A stretch of 46,790 nt of DNA, from contig CAZIIP010000001.1 in NCBI GenBank assembly GCA_964539455.1, positions 104,521-151,310 of the forward strand. Reading direction: 5' to 3'. Below are positions 29,254 to 39,000 of the stretch, piece by piece. The notes below the pieces were generated by a model. The model was given only the letters and a program-made list of their open reading frames with translations, did no database searches and was not told the origin of the DNA. A program made the translations under genes and the position numbers. The DNA is from an uncultured Rhodothermales bacterium. Lineage in GTDB: Bacteria > Bacteroidota > Rhodothermia > Rhodothermales > CAYLXM01. The first letter of the stretch is position 1; every line of letters begins with the position of its first letter.

Positions 29254-30011
29254 TATTCAAACACGAGTACGCCGAATTTCCTGAACTCATGATACGACGA
29301 ACCGGTACGTGACCAATCCCATCGCGACACCGATTCGCCGTCGTAATCGTTCCGATAGAAATTGGCACGCCAGCGCGAGCCTGGAGTGGGCGGTACATTC
29401 TGGAGAGGCCGAAGCAATTCGTACGGTATAAATATTTCCATAAACCACCCGTCGATGGCAGCTTCCGATTCTGGTTCGCCGCCACGAATGACCACCTTTT
29501 TTCGGGTTTTTCGAGCGCCTTCGTACTCCCAGGGAATCCACCCCAGGTATGTGTCATCAAAATTCGGGATGATCAGCGGCAGCTCGAAGCCGAGGGGGGA
29601 GATTTCGTACTCGAAATATATCGTGTACCGCTCATCCGGCCAGAGGAAGGCCTCGAACACGTCCTCTTCCCAAAGGTGAAGATAATCGTCCTGGTAGGTG
29701 GCATTGAGAAGGCTATCGGTAGCCTCAACGAGTATATAGAGGCCGGTATCCGAATAAAGAAGCCGAAGGGTCGTTTCGTATGAAACGGTATTGCCGTCGC
29801 GGGGACGCAGGTAAAACGGCTCCGCAAGTTGCCATGGGGACCGGTGGCCACCTCCCATAATCTCAAAATCATCGGTCGGGAGCACGGAAACCACAGGCAA
29901 AGATGTGGCATCCGCGCCTGGCGCGGTCTGTCCCAAGACACGCATTGGTGCGGCAGCAATCAATCCGACTAACAGCGTACAGGTGGTGACGAGAGGCAGT
30001 CGGTTCGACAT
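29253..30011 (-). CDS. Carbohydrate-binding family 9-like secreted protein
   Basis: The start is set at MSNRLPLVTTCTLLVGLIAAAPMRVLGQ (signal peptide, ATG 30011; 30026 is an alternative). CBM9-like segments include EDVFEAFLWPDERYTIYFEYEISPLG, DGWFMEIFIPYELL and WRANFYRNDYDG. Confidence 0.75.
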   Translation of the reverse strand: MSNRLPLVTTCTLLVGLIAAAPMRVLGQTAPGADATSLPVVSVLPTDDFEIMGGGHRSPWQLAEPFYLRPRDGNTVSYETTLRLLYSDTGLYILVEATDSLLNATYQDDYLHLWEEDVFEAFLWPDERYTIYFEYEISPLGFELPLIIPNFDDTYLGWIPWEYEGARKTRKKVVIRGGEPESEAAIDGWFMEIFIPYELLRPLQNVPPTPGSRWRANFYRNDYDGESVSRWDWSRTGSSYHEFRKFGVLVFE

Positions 30012-30049
30012 GGCGGATAACGGCATATGCAGGTATTGACTTCTGGTGG

Positions 30050-30151
30050 TTTGTCGGACTTGAAAAATAGGCCCACTGTTATTATTACACTTAAGTGCGA
30101 TTACCGTAGTGACAGATAGGTTGTAAATAACAAACTTATGCCGAAAGCCCG
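30050..30151. repeat. Intergenic 102-nt repeat, copy B
   Basis: 84/102 identical to 9972-10073 without gaps. Palindrome CACTTAAGTG at 30088-30097. It fills the gap between the ggt stop (30160) and the CBM9-like start (30011). Confidence 0.75.
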
Positions 30152-30159
30152 ACCGTTTT

Positions 30160-31869
30160 CTAGTATCCCGCGGCCCGGGCGTCGAAGCTTCTCGAATCAG
30201 CGGCTCCGTAAAGGATGCCGGAGTCCTGATCGATGTAGATACCCATGGCCTGGCCTTGCATATTACGGTACCGGACCGAGTGTCCCATGATCTCATACAA
30301 TCTGCGCGTGTCGGGAGAGAAGCCCCATCGCTCCATATAGGTGGCATCCGGCAGCCAACCATGGTGCATGCGGGGTGCCTCGACAGCCTGTCCGACATTC
30401 ATCCCGAAATCGATCACATTCAGGACGGTTTGCAGCACTGTATTGATGATGGTACGCCCACCCGGGCTGCCAATGACAAGAAGCGGTTTGCCGTCGCGTG
30501 CCACGATCGTAGGCGTCATGCTCGAGAGCATTCGTTTTTCCGGCTTGACCAGGTTTGGCCGGGTGCCTATCAATCCTGTAGAGGTCGTCAGGCCGGGCAC
30601 CGGATTGAAATCACCCATTTCATTATTCAACAGAAAACCGGTACCGGGCGCGACCAGACGCGAGCCGTAGCCGTACTCGAGGGTATACGTCATGGAAACG
30701 GCGTTGCCGTCCTCGTCTACAATCGAGAAATGCGTGGTCTCTTCGCTCTCCGCGGGCAAGAAGACGGCATTGAACGCCGCGGAATCGCTTGTAGATGCGC
30801 GGTACCAGTCTATTGACAACCTCAACGAGTCGGCGTACAACTTCGAAGTCAGCCGTTCGACGGGCATGTGCGGATTGAAGTCGGGATCTCCCAGGTATCG
30901 GGCGCGGTCGGCATAGGAACGACGCATTGCCTCGGTTAGCAGATGTAAATAAAGCGCCGAATTGTGCCCGGTAGCGGCCAGATCGTACCCTTCCAGAATA
31001 TTGAGCATCTCGACAAGGACCACGCCTCCTGAAGATGGTGGAGACATGGCGTATATGTCGTGGCCACGATAGGTGCCGTGGACGGGCTCGAGCTCCTGCG
31101 CCTGGTAGGCGGCAAAATCTTCCTCGGTTATGAGGCCCCCGTTGTCACGCATGAAAGCCGCCACCAGTCGCGCGGTTTCACCACGATAAAAGCCGTCTCG
31201 GCCGCCGTCGCGAATGCGGCGCAGCGTTTCCGCGAGATCGGGTTGGCGCCAGACCTGTCCCGGTTTATACGGCGTTTCTCCATCTTTCAGGAAAGCCTCT
31301 CTTGTGCCTCTGTACAACGGATCGTTTGAACCGGCCAAACTTCGGGCAAAGGATAACATGTTCCACGAAAAAGGAAATCCCTCCGCTGCAAGGTCGATAG
31401 CCGGCTGAACCAGCTCGGCCCACGGAAGAGAGCCCAAACGCTGATGCGCCATCCATAGGCCGGCGATCGTTCCGGGGACGCCAACCGACAGTACTCCCTG
31501 GTGATTGGATCGGTCGAGGAGGTTGCCTGCATCATCGAGGAACATCCGCTCGTGTGCCGAAAGGGGTGCTTTTTCGCGGAAATTGAAGGCCGTAACCTCT
31601 CCATCGATGCCGTGATAGATTAAAAATCCACCACCTCCGATGTTACCGGCGGAAGGGTAGGTAACCGCGAGCGCAAACGCGGTCGCAATGGCAGCGTCAA
31701 CGGCATTTCCGCCTTTTTCGAGAACTTCCAAACCCGCTCCGGATCCCAGGTAATGCGCACTCACTACCATGCCGGACCTCGCGGGTGCCGGCGTTCTTCC
31801 GGTCTGCGCAGGTGAATCAATGGAAACAAGAAGAAGCGAAACCGAAATCAGAAGGATCCTTGCATGCAT
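30160..31869 (-). CDS. ggt: Gamma-glutamyltranspeptidase
   Basis: 569 aa with a signal peptide. GGT family, with the autoprocessing nucleophile Thr in EETTHFSIVDEDGNAVS and the GG motif SPGGRTIINT. Confidence 0.95.
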   Translation of the reverse strand: MHARILLISVSLLLVSIDSPAQTGRTPAPARSGMVVSAHYLGSGAGLEVLEKGGNAVDAAIATAFALAVTYPSAGNIGGGGFLIYHGIDGEVTAFNFREKAPLSAHERMFLDDAGNLLDRSNHQGVLSVGVPGTIAGLWMAHQRLGSLPWAELVQPAIDLAAEGFPFSWNMLSFARSLAGSNDPLYRGTREAFLKDGETPYKPGQVWRQPDLAETLRRIRDGGRDGFYRGETARLVAAFMRDNGGLITEEDFAAYQAQELEPVHGTYRGHDIYAMSPPSSGGVVLVEMLNILEGYDLAATGHNSALYLHLLTEAMRRSYADRARYLGDPDFNPHMPVERLTSKLYADSLRLSIDWYRASTSDSAAFNAVFLPAESEETTHFSIVDEDGNAVSMTYTLEYGYGSRLVAPGTGFLLNNEMGDFNPVPGLTTSTGLIGTRPNLVKPEKRMLSSMTPTIVARDGKPLLVIGSPGGRTIINTVLQTVLNVIDFGMNVGQAVEAPRMHHGWLPDATYMERWGFSPDTRRLYEIMGHSVRYRNMQGQAMGIYIDQDSGILYGAADSRSFDARAAGY

Positions 31870-31955
31870 ACAGGTTTGCGAAATCGGGGTGATTGACTAC
31901 GGACGAACGCAAAGATAGGCCGATTCGCTGAACATGCCCCGACCGGAGCTAAAAA

Positions 31956-31971
31956 GCATAGATATATGGGG
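31956..31971 (+). repeat. Orphan iteron copy
   Basis: GCATAGATATATGGGG matches the 16-mer iteron consensus at 14-15 positions, in the same orientation as the array. It lies in the ggt/nuclease intergenic region, 4.1 kb from the array. Confidence 0.6.
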
Positions 31972-32034
31972 TAAAGATGGAGGATTTACCGATCCGGCAG
32001 CATTGTGTGGGCCGGGGCCTTTTCACACCAGGCT

Positions 32035-32616
32035 CTAATTGAAGACCTCGGGATGGAGACCCCAAACGCCTGCTGCAGTTTGCCGGGCGGTTTTCTCGGC
32101 CCGTACGAGTCTTGATTTGATTTCCCGATCGAAAGGGTAGCGTGTCAGCGTTTCTGCATATCCGTCGGCTACCATCTGGAGGTTTATAAACGTGTTTTCA
32201 TCTTCATCGGGAGCATACAGAAAAGCAAGCAGCCGTCCGTATCGGTCGCGATGGTTTACCGACGCATTTGCAGGATCAAATACGAGCAGCACCGGGGTGC
32301 CGGGTGGCAGGAGCGAGGAGGCGTATGCGGCGGCAAGACGTCCCATTTCAATTTCTACGGCGACCTGCTCGGCGCTTTTGTTTTCCCGGCGCAATGCGAT
32401 GGCTCCGGCGGAGCCTTCGGGTGCATCGATCCCGATGGCGCGCACCTGTTCTTCGCTGCCCTCATAGGATACGAGAAAACTGTCGCCGTCGATCACACGC
32501 AGCAAAACGGCATTTCTTTGCCGGGGTAGGCTGTTACATCCGGTGATCGCCGTCAGTGCGACCAGCAGAACGGTTACTCGCAGCCCGTATCGATCTCCAG
32601 CGGCGAATCCCGGCAT
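32035..32616 (-). CDS. Thermonuclease (SNase-like) family lipoprotein
   Basis: Lipobox LTAITGC after the internal start at 32616. SNase-like VIDGDSFLV...VRAIGIDAPE...DRYGRLLAFLY. Confidence 0.85.
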   Translation of the reverse strand: MPGFAAGDRYGLRVTVLLVALTAITGCNSLPRQRNAVLLRVIDGDSFLVSYEGSEEQVRAIGIDAPEGSAGAIALRRENKSAEQVAVEIEMGRLAAAYASSLLPPGTPVLLVFDPANASVNHRDRYGRLLAFLYAPDEDENTFINLQMVADGYAETLTRYPFDREIKSRLVRAEKTARQTAAGVWGLHPEVFN

Positions 32617-32626
32617 GGAAACCGGC

Positions 32627-33091
32627 TTAATCAAGCGCTTCGAATCGTTCCATGACTTCCCGGCCGTGATCCTTTGTATTTGGCTTTCCGATAATGTCAA
32701 CGATCATTCCCGACTCGTCGATGAGAAAGGTCTGTCGCTTCGTTCCCAAGTATTCTTTTCCAAATCTCTTTTTCAGTCCCCATGTACCGAAGGCTTCGTG
32801 AATCTTCTTGTCGGGATCTGAAATGAGCGGGAAGGGAAGGGTGTACTTCTCTGAAAACTTCCGATGGCTGTCCAGTGAGTCACCCGAAATACCGACAATG
32901 GAGATGCCGGCCGATTTCAATTCACCATAGCTGTCACGCAGGCTGCACGCCTGCTTGGTGCATCCCGGGGTATTGTCTTTCGGATAGAAGTAAACGGCAA
33001 GTTTCTTGCCTGCGAAGTCTGAAAGGCCGAGGTGGCCGTCGAGAGTCGGTCCGGAAAAGGGCGGTGCCGGATCGCCAACAGATACTGACAT
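32627..33091 (-). CDS. bcp: Thioredoxin-dependent thiol peroxidase (peroxiredoxin Bcp)
   Basis: YFYPKDNTPGCTKQACSLRD active-site motif. Start at the internal ATG 33091 (MSVSVGDPAPPF). Confidence 0.92.
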   Translation of the reverse strand: MSVSVGDPAPPFSGPTLDGHLGLSDFAGKKLAVYFYPKDNTPGCTKQACSLRDSYGELKSAGISIVGISGDSLDSHRKFSEKYTLPFPLISDPDKKIHEAFGTWGLKKRFGKEYLGTKRQTFLIDESGMIVDIIGKPNTKDHGREVMERFEALD

Positions 33092-33183
33092 GGTACGGTT
33101 GTTTGAACGATATGAACGATTGTGATTTATAGACCCCGAATGTACGGAGGTTCCGTTCATTGTGTTCGCTGTTCTTCAAGTCA

Positions 33184-34416
33184 TCACCAGTCGACGACGG
33201 AGCCGTCGTAGGCATCGTAGGTTTCGGGATTGCGCCAGTCGTGACCGATCTTGTCGGCAAGTGCTTCCTCGTCCAGTTCGATTCCCAGGCCGGGTGCCGT
33301 TGGAAGCGGGATATAGCCGTTTTCCACGGTGAAGGGTGTTTTTAGATAGCCCTCTCCAAGAGAAACCTGTTCTTGGCACAGAAAGTTGGGGATGGAAGCG
33401 GCCAGTTGGATACCGGAGGCAAGGGAGATGGGGCCCATTGGATTATGGGGGGCAATCGCGGCGTAGTAGGCCTCGGCCATACCTGCAATGAGGCGCACCT
33501 CGGTCAGACCGCCTGCGTGGCACAGGTCGGGCTGAAGAATGCCGGCCGCGCCTTTTTCCAGCACCTCTCGAAACCCCCATTTGGTGAACAGGCGTTCACC
33601 GGTAGCGATCGGTATATGGGTGCTTCGCGCTATATCGGCGAGCACGTCCACGTTTTCCGGGGCAACGGGTTCTTCGACGAAGAGCGGGTGATATGGCTCC
33701 AGGCCCTTGATGAGGACCTTGGCGGTTTGGGGGGAGATTTCACCATGGAAGTCGATCCCGATGTCATTTTCGGGACCTATCGTATCCCGCAATTCGGCAA
33801 ATGCGGCGACGGCATGGTCGACGAAAGCCTTGCTTTCCACGATTCGGGCCGGTTTCTCCATGGCGACACCGGTCTTGAAGGTGGTGAACCCCTCCGAGAT
33901 CGCCTGTCGTATCGCCCCGGGTGTTCGTGCATGTGCATACACCCGGATTCGGTCGCGTGTCGGTCCGCCGAACAGCTCATACACCGGGACACCCAGGGCT
34001 TTTCCCTTGATGTCCCATAACGCCTGGTCGATTCCGCTAAGGGCGCTCGTGAGAATGGGTCCGCCCTTGTAGAATGCATGCCGGTAGATGGCCTGCCAGT
34101 GGTGCACAACCCGGCGCGGGTCTTTGCCTGTGAGATAGGGTGCGATTTCTTCGATAGCCGTAGCAATGGTATGGGCCCGGCCTTCCAGCAGCGGCTCTCC
34201 GAGTCCGACGATGCCGGCATCGGTATGGACTTTCAGGAAAATCCACCGCGGTTTAACCAGGAAGGTCTCGAGACGCGTGATGCGCAGGGATTCCCGTGGA
34301 GCGATCGGCGGGTATCTCCGATTCGCCGGTTCTCCAGCGACGGTACGGGGAGCGAGGCCCGCAAGCGCAGCGGCCTGGGCGGTTTTCTTGAGTAATGAGC
34401 GACGGTTGATAGACAT
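33184..34416 (-). CDS. Enolase-superfamily dehydratase (D-galactonate dehydratase-like) with twin-arginine signal peptide
   Basis: MSINRRSLLKKTAQAAALAGLAPRTVAG (Tat-type) after the internal start at 34416. MR/MLE-family body (ITRLETFLVKPRWIFLKVHTDAGIVGLGE..., GIDQALWDIKGKALGVPVYELFGG). Confidence 0.8.
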   Translation of the reverse strand: MSINRRSLLKKTAQAAALAGLAPRTVAGEPANRRYPPIAPRESLRITRLETFLVKPRWIFLKVHTDAGIVGLGEPLLEGRAHTIATAIEEIAPYLTGKDPRRVVHHWQAIYRHAFYKGGPILTSALSGIDQALWDIKGKALGVPVYELFGGPTRDRIRVYAHARTPGAIRQAISEGFTTFKTGVAMEKPARIVESKAFVDHAVAAFAELRDTIGPENDIGIDFHGEISPQTAKVLIKGLEPYHPLFVEEPVAPENVDVLADIARSTHIPIATGERLFTKWGFREVLEKGAAGILQPDLCHAGGLTEVRLIAGMAEAYYAAIAPHNPMGPISLASGIQLAASIPNFLCQEQVSLGEGYLKTPFTVENGYIPLPTAPGLGIELDEEALADKIGHDWRNPETYDAYDGSVVDW

Positions 34417-34615
34417 GTTGTGCGGCTTGTTGCGTGAAGGAGTCGGGGGCGGCGAACAACGCGTCGGGTCCGGCCCGGTACATGATAATGCTTTCGGACG
34501 AGCCGGCAAGCCGGATTTGCCGATGCCTCCGATTTACCGCCTGACCTGAACACGCATGGAGCAGGGGAGAGAGTATGCAACAGTCAAAGAGAATCTATTG
34601 GAACACAATCAGGCA

Positions 34616-34649
34616 ACACATATATTAAACACATGTGTGAAATATGTGT
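34616..34649 (+). promoter_or_regulatory. Composite operator candidate upstream of imuB
   Basis: ACACAT at 34616 and 34629, and ATGTGT at 34633 and 34644 (11-bp period). The central pair forms the palindrome ACACATGTGT and the outer arms ACACATAT/ATATGTGT are complementary. Positions 34633-34647 are identical to 43505-43519. Confidence 0.6.
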
Positions 34650-34664
34650 ATCGCCTGGTTTAAT

Positions 34665-35795
34665 ATGATTGCCTGTCTTCACATAAGGGATTATCCGGCA
34701 TGGGTCATGCGGTATCGTTATCCGGATGCTGCGCTTGCGGTATTTCACCGGGGGCGTATTCTGGCCAGGAATCGGAAGGCACGGCGGAAGGTGCAAGTGG
34801 GAGAGTTGGTCGAGCGTGCACGTTCGGCGCATCCGGAGGTGCAGTTTCTGGGGCGGGACACGCATGAGGAGGAGATTCGCTGGGAGTATGTACTCGAGAA
34901 GATCAACCGGTATACGCCGCTGGTTGAATCTGCAGTGCCCGGCACGGCCTATTTCCAGCCGCTTGAGGGTCGGGTGCCGGCGCCGCCGGCACGGGAGTTG
35001 TCGGTGCGGGTTGGTGCCGGACCGTCTCGTGCAGTGGCCCGCATTGCGGCCGCCCGTACCCACGACGGGCATTTTCTCGAGATCGCCCCGCGAGGCGTGC
35101 GAACGTTTTTGCGGGCATCGCCCGTTTCGACACTCTGTGACCTGGGATTTCCGGAAGAGATGGTCGAGCGGCTGACCCTTTTCGGGCTGGACAATCTGGA
35201 GCGTATCAGGCAACTGACGCGACGACATCTGACTGCCCAGTTCGGTGCGGATGGTGAGGCGCTGCATGATTTACTGGATTTGCAGAAGACCGACCCGCCC
35301 ATTGCCGTCTACCGCCCGTCTCCAGCGATTTTATGTTTTGTGGATTTCGAGAACGACGTCATCGAGCCGGCGGATATTCTTCCCGCCCTGCAGCATCTGG
35401 TAAGTGAGGCGAGGGACGCGCTCGAGGGACTGGTGACCTCCCGCATCACCCTCGAAACAACGGGCAAAAGCGAAGGGGCAAACCGGATATGCTCGGCAGT
35501 ACTTAAATCCGGCACCTCCGATGCGGGGATCCTCTTTCGCGCGGCGGAACGAAGGCTGAAGAAAAACTGGCCACAGGCGGCGATTTCCCGGATTCGTCTC
35601 ATTCTGGGTGCACTGGGTTATGCCAGGCACCACCAGGGCGCCCTGTTCTTCCAGCGGCCGGACGTCCAGACGGCTGTTCGCCGTGTCCACCGCCGGTATC
35701 CCAATGCTCTGCTGCGTGTCGTGCCGGCAGAGCGGCGGTTGCCGCTCGAGGAGGCCGACGGGTTGTCGTTTGTGCCATACCGCTCCGCCTCATGA
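34665..35795 (+). CDS. imuB: ImuB-like Y-family polymerase homolog (catalytically inactive type)
   Basis: Start MIACLHIRDYPAW (34665; the ORF opens at 34644). Y-family-like fold without the DMDAFF acidic motif seen in dinB. It is followed by dnaE2 in the same orientation. Confidence 0.75.
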   Translation: MIACLHIRDYPAWVMRYRYPDAALAVFHRGRILARNRKARRKVQVGELVERARSAHPEVQFLGRDTHEEEIRWEYVLEKINRYTPLVESAVPGTAYFQPLEGRVPAPPARELSVRVGAGPSRAVARIAAARTHDGHFLEIAPRGVRTFLRASPVSTLCDLGFPEEMVERLTLFGLDNLERIRQLTRRHLTAQFGADGEALHDLLDLQKTDPPIAVYRPSPAILCFVDFENDVIEPADILPALQHLVSEARDALEGLVTSRITLETTGKSEGANRICSAVLKSGTSDAGILFRAAERRLKKNWPQAAISRIRLILGALGYARHHQGALFFQRPDVQTAVRRVHRRYPNALLRVVPAERRLPLEEADGLSFVPYRSAS

Positions 35796-36025
35796 AACGC
35801 ATTGATGAACCGATACGGGTACAGACGAGCGGCAAACGCATCGAAGCCGTCTACTGGCACGGCCGCCGCATTGCGGTGCACGAGCAGACGAATGCGTGGA
35901 TTGTCCGCAGCCGGTGGTGGGGAAGTGAAGAGAAACGGATTTATCGGACGCTGCAGACGGATAAAGGCCATATGGAGGTGTACCAGGTCGGTGATTTGTG
36001 GCGATTGAGCCGCCTGGCGGATTAA
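35792..36025 (+). CDS. Small Trp/Arg-rich protein embedded between imuB and dnaE2
   Basis: 77 aa. Its ATG overlaps the imuB stop (ATGA at 35792-35795) and its stop lies 2 nt before the dnaE2 ATG (36028). Sequence: IEAVYWHGRRIAVHEQTNAWIVRSRWWGSEEKRIYRTLQTDKGHMEVYQV. Confidence 0.6.
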   Translation: MKRIDEPIRVQTSGKRIEAVYWHGRRIAVHEQTNAWIVRSRWWGSEEKRIYRTLQTDKGHMEVYQVGDLWRLSRLAD

Positions 36026-36027
36026 AA

Positions 36028-39000
36028 ATGTTCACTCATCTACACGTACGAAGCTGGTTTTCGTTTTTGCGGGGTGCGTCGCCTCCCGACCAACTGGTCG
36101 AGCAGGCCGCCGCCCTGGGGATGCGTGCGCTGGCGATTACCGATATCAAGGGCATGTACGGCGTGGTGCGCCACCAGCTTGCGTGCAAGGAGCATGGACT
36201 GAAGCCGGTATTCGGCGCCGAGGTGGTGGTCGGGGGTCGGCCCCTCGTACTGCTGGCAAAAACGCGGACAGGGTATGCAAACATTTGCCGCCTTTTAACC
36301 CAGGGATTTCAGCGGACGGAGACGCCCGAGTCGGACGTACGGGTTGAAGAACTGGCTGCGGTGGGCGAGGACGTTATCTGTTTGACGGGAGGTGCGGAAG
36401 GGCTGCTGTGGGATGCGGTGCATCGCAAGGCGTATCCGAAGGCACGAAACTGGGTCGATCATCTGCGGGGAATTTTCGGTCGAAACCTGTACGTTGAGCT
36501 GACGAACCAGCTTCGTCCGGACGACCGGCGGATGGTTACGCGCATGGCGCGCTTTGCGTCCGAGTGCCGTCTGCAGGTGGTGGCGACGGGAGATGTCCGC
36601 TATGCCACACCGGAAGGGTATGCCCTCTATGATCTGATGACGTGTATTCGCACCCACCAGACAATCTTTGAGGGCCATCCGGAGCGTCCGGTAAACGACC
36701 AGGCCTTTTTGCGTCCCGAGGCGGAGCTTCGCCGGTTGATTCCGCATCCTGAAGCGTTTCGCAACGCGGAGCGGATCGAAGCATCCTGCTGCGTGGATCT
36801 CTTGCCCGAGTACATCACCCCACCCGGGGCACGCCTGCCGGCGGGCGTTTTGCCCGAGACACATTTGCGAAAACTGTGCGACGAGGGGTTAAAGACCCGC
36901 TACGCAGCCGGGGAGCGCAAACGGGCACGGGCGCAGATGGAAAGAGAGTTGAAAGTGATCTGCGGACTGGAATTGGAGGAGTTCTTTTTGGTCGTTCGCG
37001 AAGTGGTAGATGAGGCCGCCAGAAGAAACATCCGGTGTGCCGGTCGGGGATCGGCCGCCAACAGCATCGTGGCCTATCTGCTGGGCATCACCCATGTCGA
37101 TCCGATTGCTCACCGGCTTCTCTTCGAGCGCTTTCTGCATCAGGGACGAAAAGGGACGCCGGATATCGACATCGATTTCGATTCGGACCGGCGCCTGGAG
37201 ATCGTCGAGTGGATAGAGGACCGGTTCGGCGTCGAGCAGACGGCCATGTCGGCGACGCTGCAGACCTACCAGTTGCGGTCCGCCCTTCGGGATGTCGCAA
37301 AAGCCCTGGGTTATCCGGAGCAGGTGCTGCGGGCCTTCAGTACAGCTGTGCCGCATCGGCCCGCTACCCGGATCGACGAATACAGGGAGCAGGTCATCAG
37401 CATTCTCGGTGGAGAAACCCCGCTGGCCAGGGCGCTGGTCGAAGGTGTGTGGGCACTCGCCGGATGTCCACGGCACCTCGGACAGCACTCGGGGGGCATG
37501 GTGCTGTCACGCGCACACCTCCATGCGTTTACACCGGTGCAGACCTCGGCGAACGGTGTAAAGATGGTCCAGTTTGACAAACGCGACATCGAGCGGCTGG
37601 GACTGGTCAAACTCGATGTGCTGGGACTTCGTATGCTGGCGGCACTGAGCTTCGCCGAGGAGTTGATCCAGCGCACCCATCCCGAGCCGTTTAATCTCGA
37701 TAAGGTACCGCTGGACGACCGGCCGACGTTCGATATGATCCGGGCAGGGGAGACGATCGGGCTGTTTCAGATCGAATCACAGGGCCAGTTGCATTTGCTG
37801 GCGATGAACCAGCCCGAGACGTTTCAGGATTTGATCGCGGAGATCGCGCTGTTTCGTCCGGGGCCCGTTCAGGGCGGCATGGTTCGTCCCTTCGTGCGGA
37901 GAAGAAAAGGGCAGGAGCGGGTGCAGTTTCAGGATCCGTCGCTGGAACCGATTCTGAAGGACACCTATGGGATTATCCTGTTTCAGGAACAGGTGCTGGA
38001 GGTCGCTCACAAATTCGCCGGCATGAGCCTGCAGGAAGCGGACGATTTCAGGGCGCTGATGTCGAAGTTTCGGGATCCGGGTCAAATGGAATCGATGCGC
38101 ACGGTGTTCGTCAACGGCGCCATGCGGCGCGGTGTATCGGAGAAGGTAGCCCAGGAAGTGTTCGAAAAGGTCTCGAAGTTCGTCGGCTACGGCTTTTGCC
38201 GAAGCCATGCCGCAGCATTCGCCAAAACCGTCTTCCAGTCCGCTTATCTGAAGAAGCACTTTCCTGCCGCCTACATGGCGGCGGTTATGCAGCACATGCC
38301 CGGCATGTATCCGGTCATGACCCTCGAACAGGAGGCAAAACGGCTGGGTGTGCAGGTGTTGTCGCCCGACGTCAACCACAGCGGGATCCTGTATGATCTA
38401 GAGCACCGGGGATATGGCGTGTATGCGATTCGCAAGCCGCTGACGTCGATCAAGGCGGTTTCATTGGAATCGGCGCGGACCATCTTTTTGGAGCGCCTGA
38501 AGGGGCCGTTCAAAGATGTCGAGGACTTTTACCGGCGCTGTGCGGTGGACAAGGATGCCATGGAAAACATCGCCCGGTCGGGTGCGCTGGACGAACTGAC
38601 ACACGGCAGCAGGAAGGCGCTCTGGGAAGTGGGCGTTCTGCACCGAAGACTGGGCACAGCCGGCCGAATAGATCCGCAACAGCACCTTTTCAGCATGCAG
38701 GCACTAGAAGCGGTCGATCTGCCTGCGCTGGCGGAGCTGGGAATCGACGAGCGGCTGAGCTGGGACTATCAGACGCATGGTGCGGCGCGACATCATCCCA
38801 TGACCGTTGTCCGGCGCCAGCTGAATGAACTGGAAGTCCGTCCGGTCAGCGTCTGTTACCAGTACGCACAACCCGCACTGCGTGGCAAGGCGCCCGTGAT
38901 CCAGACGGCCGGCATCGTCATCCTGCGCCAGCGACCGCCGACGGCAAAGGGATTCATGTTCATCACCCTGGAAGACGAGACGGGTTTTATTCAGTGTGTC

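Noticed and set aside
30012-30398. N-terminal extensions of ORFs: the CBM9-like gene to 30398, polA to 25148, the sulfatase to 7910, and the phosphoesterase to 1885
   Set aside because: The extensions run through intergenic repeats, terminators or neighbouring gene ends. Internal ATGs give canonical N-termini instead: signal peptides, lipoboxes, or the conserved polA 5'-nuclease start.
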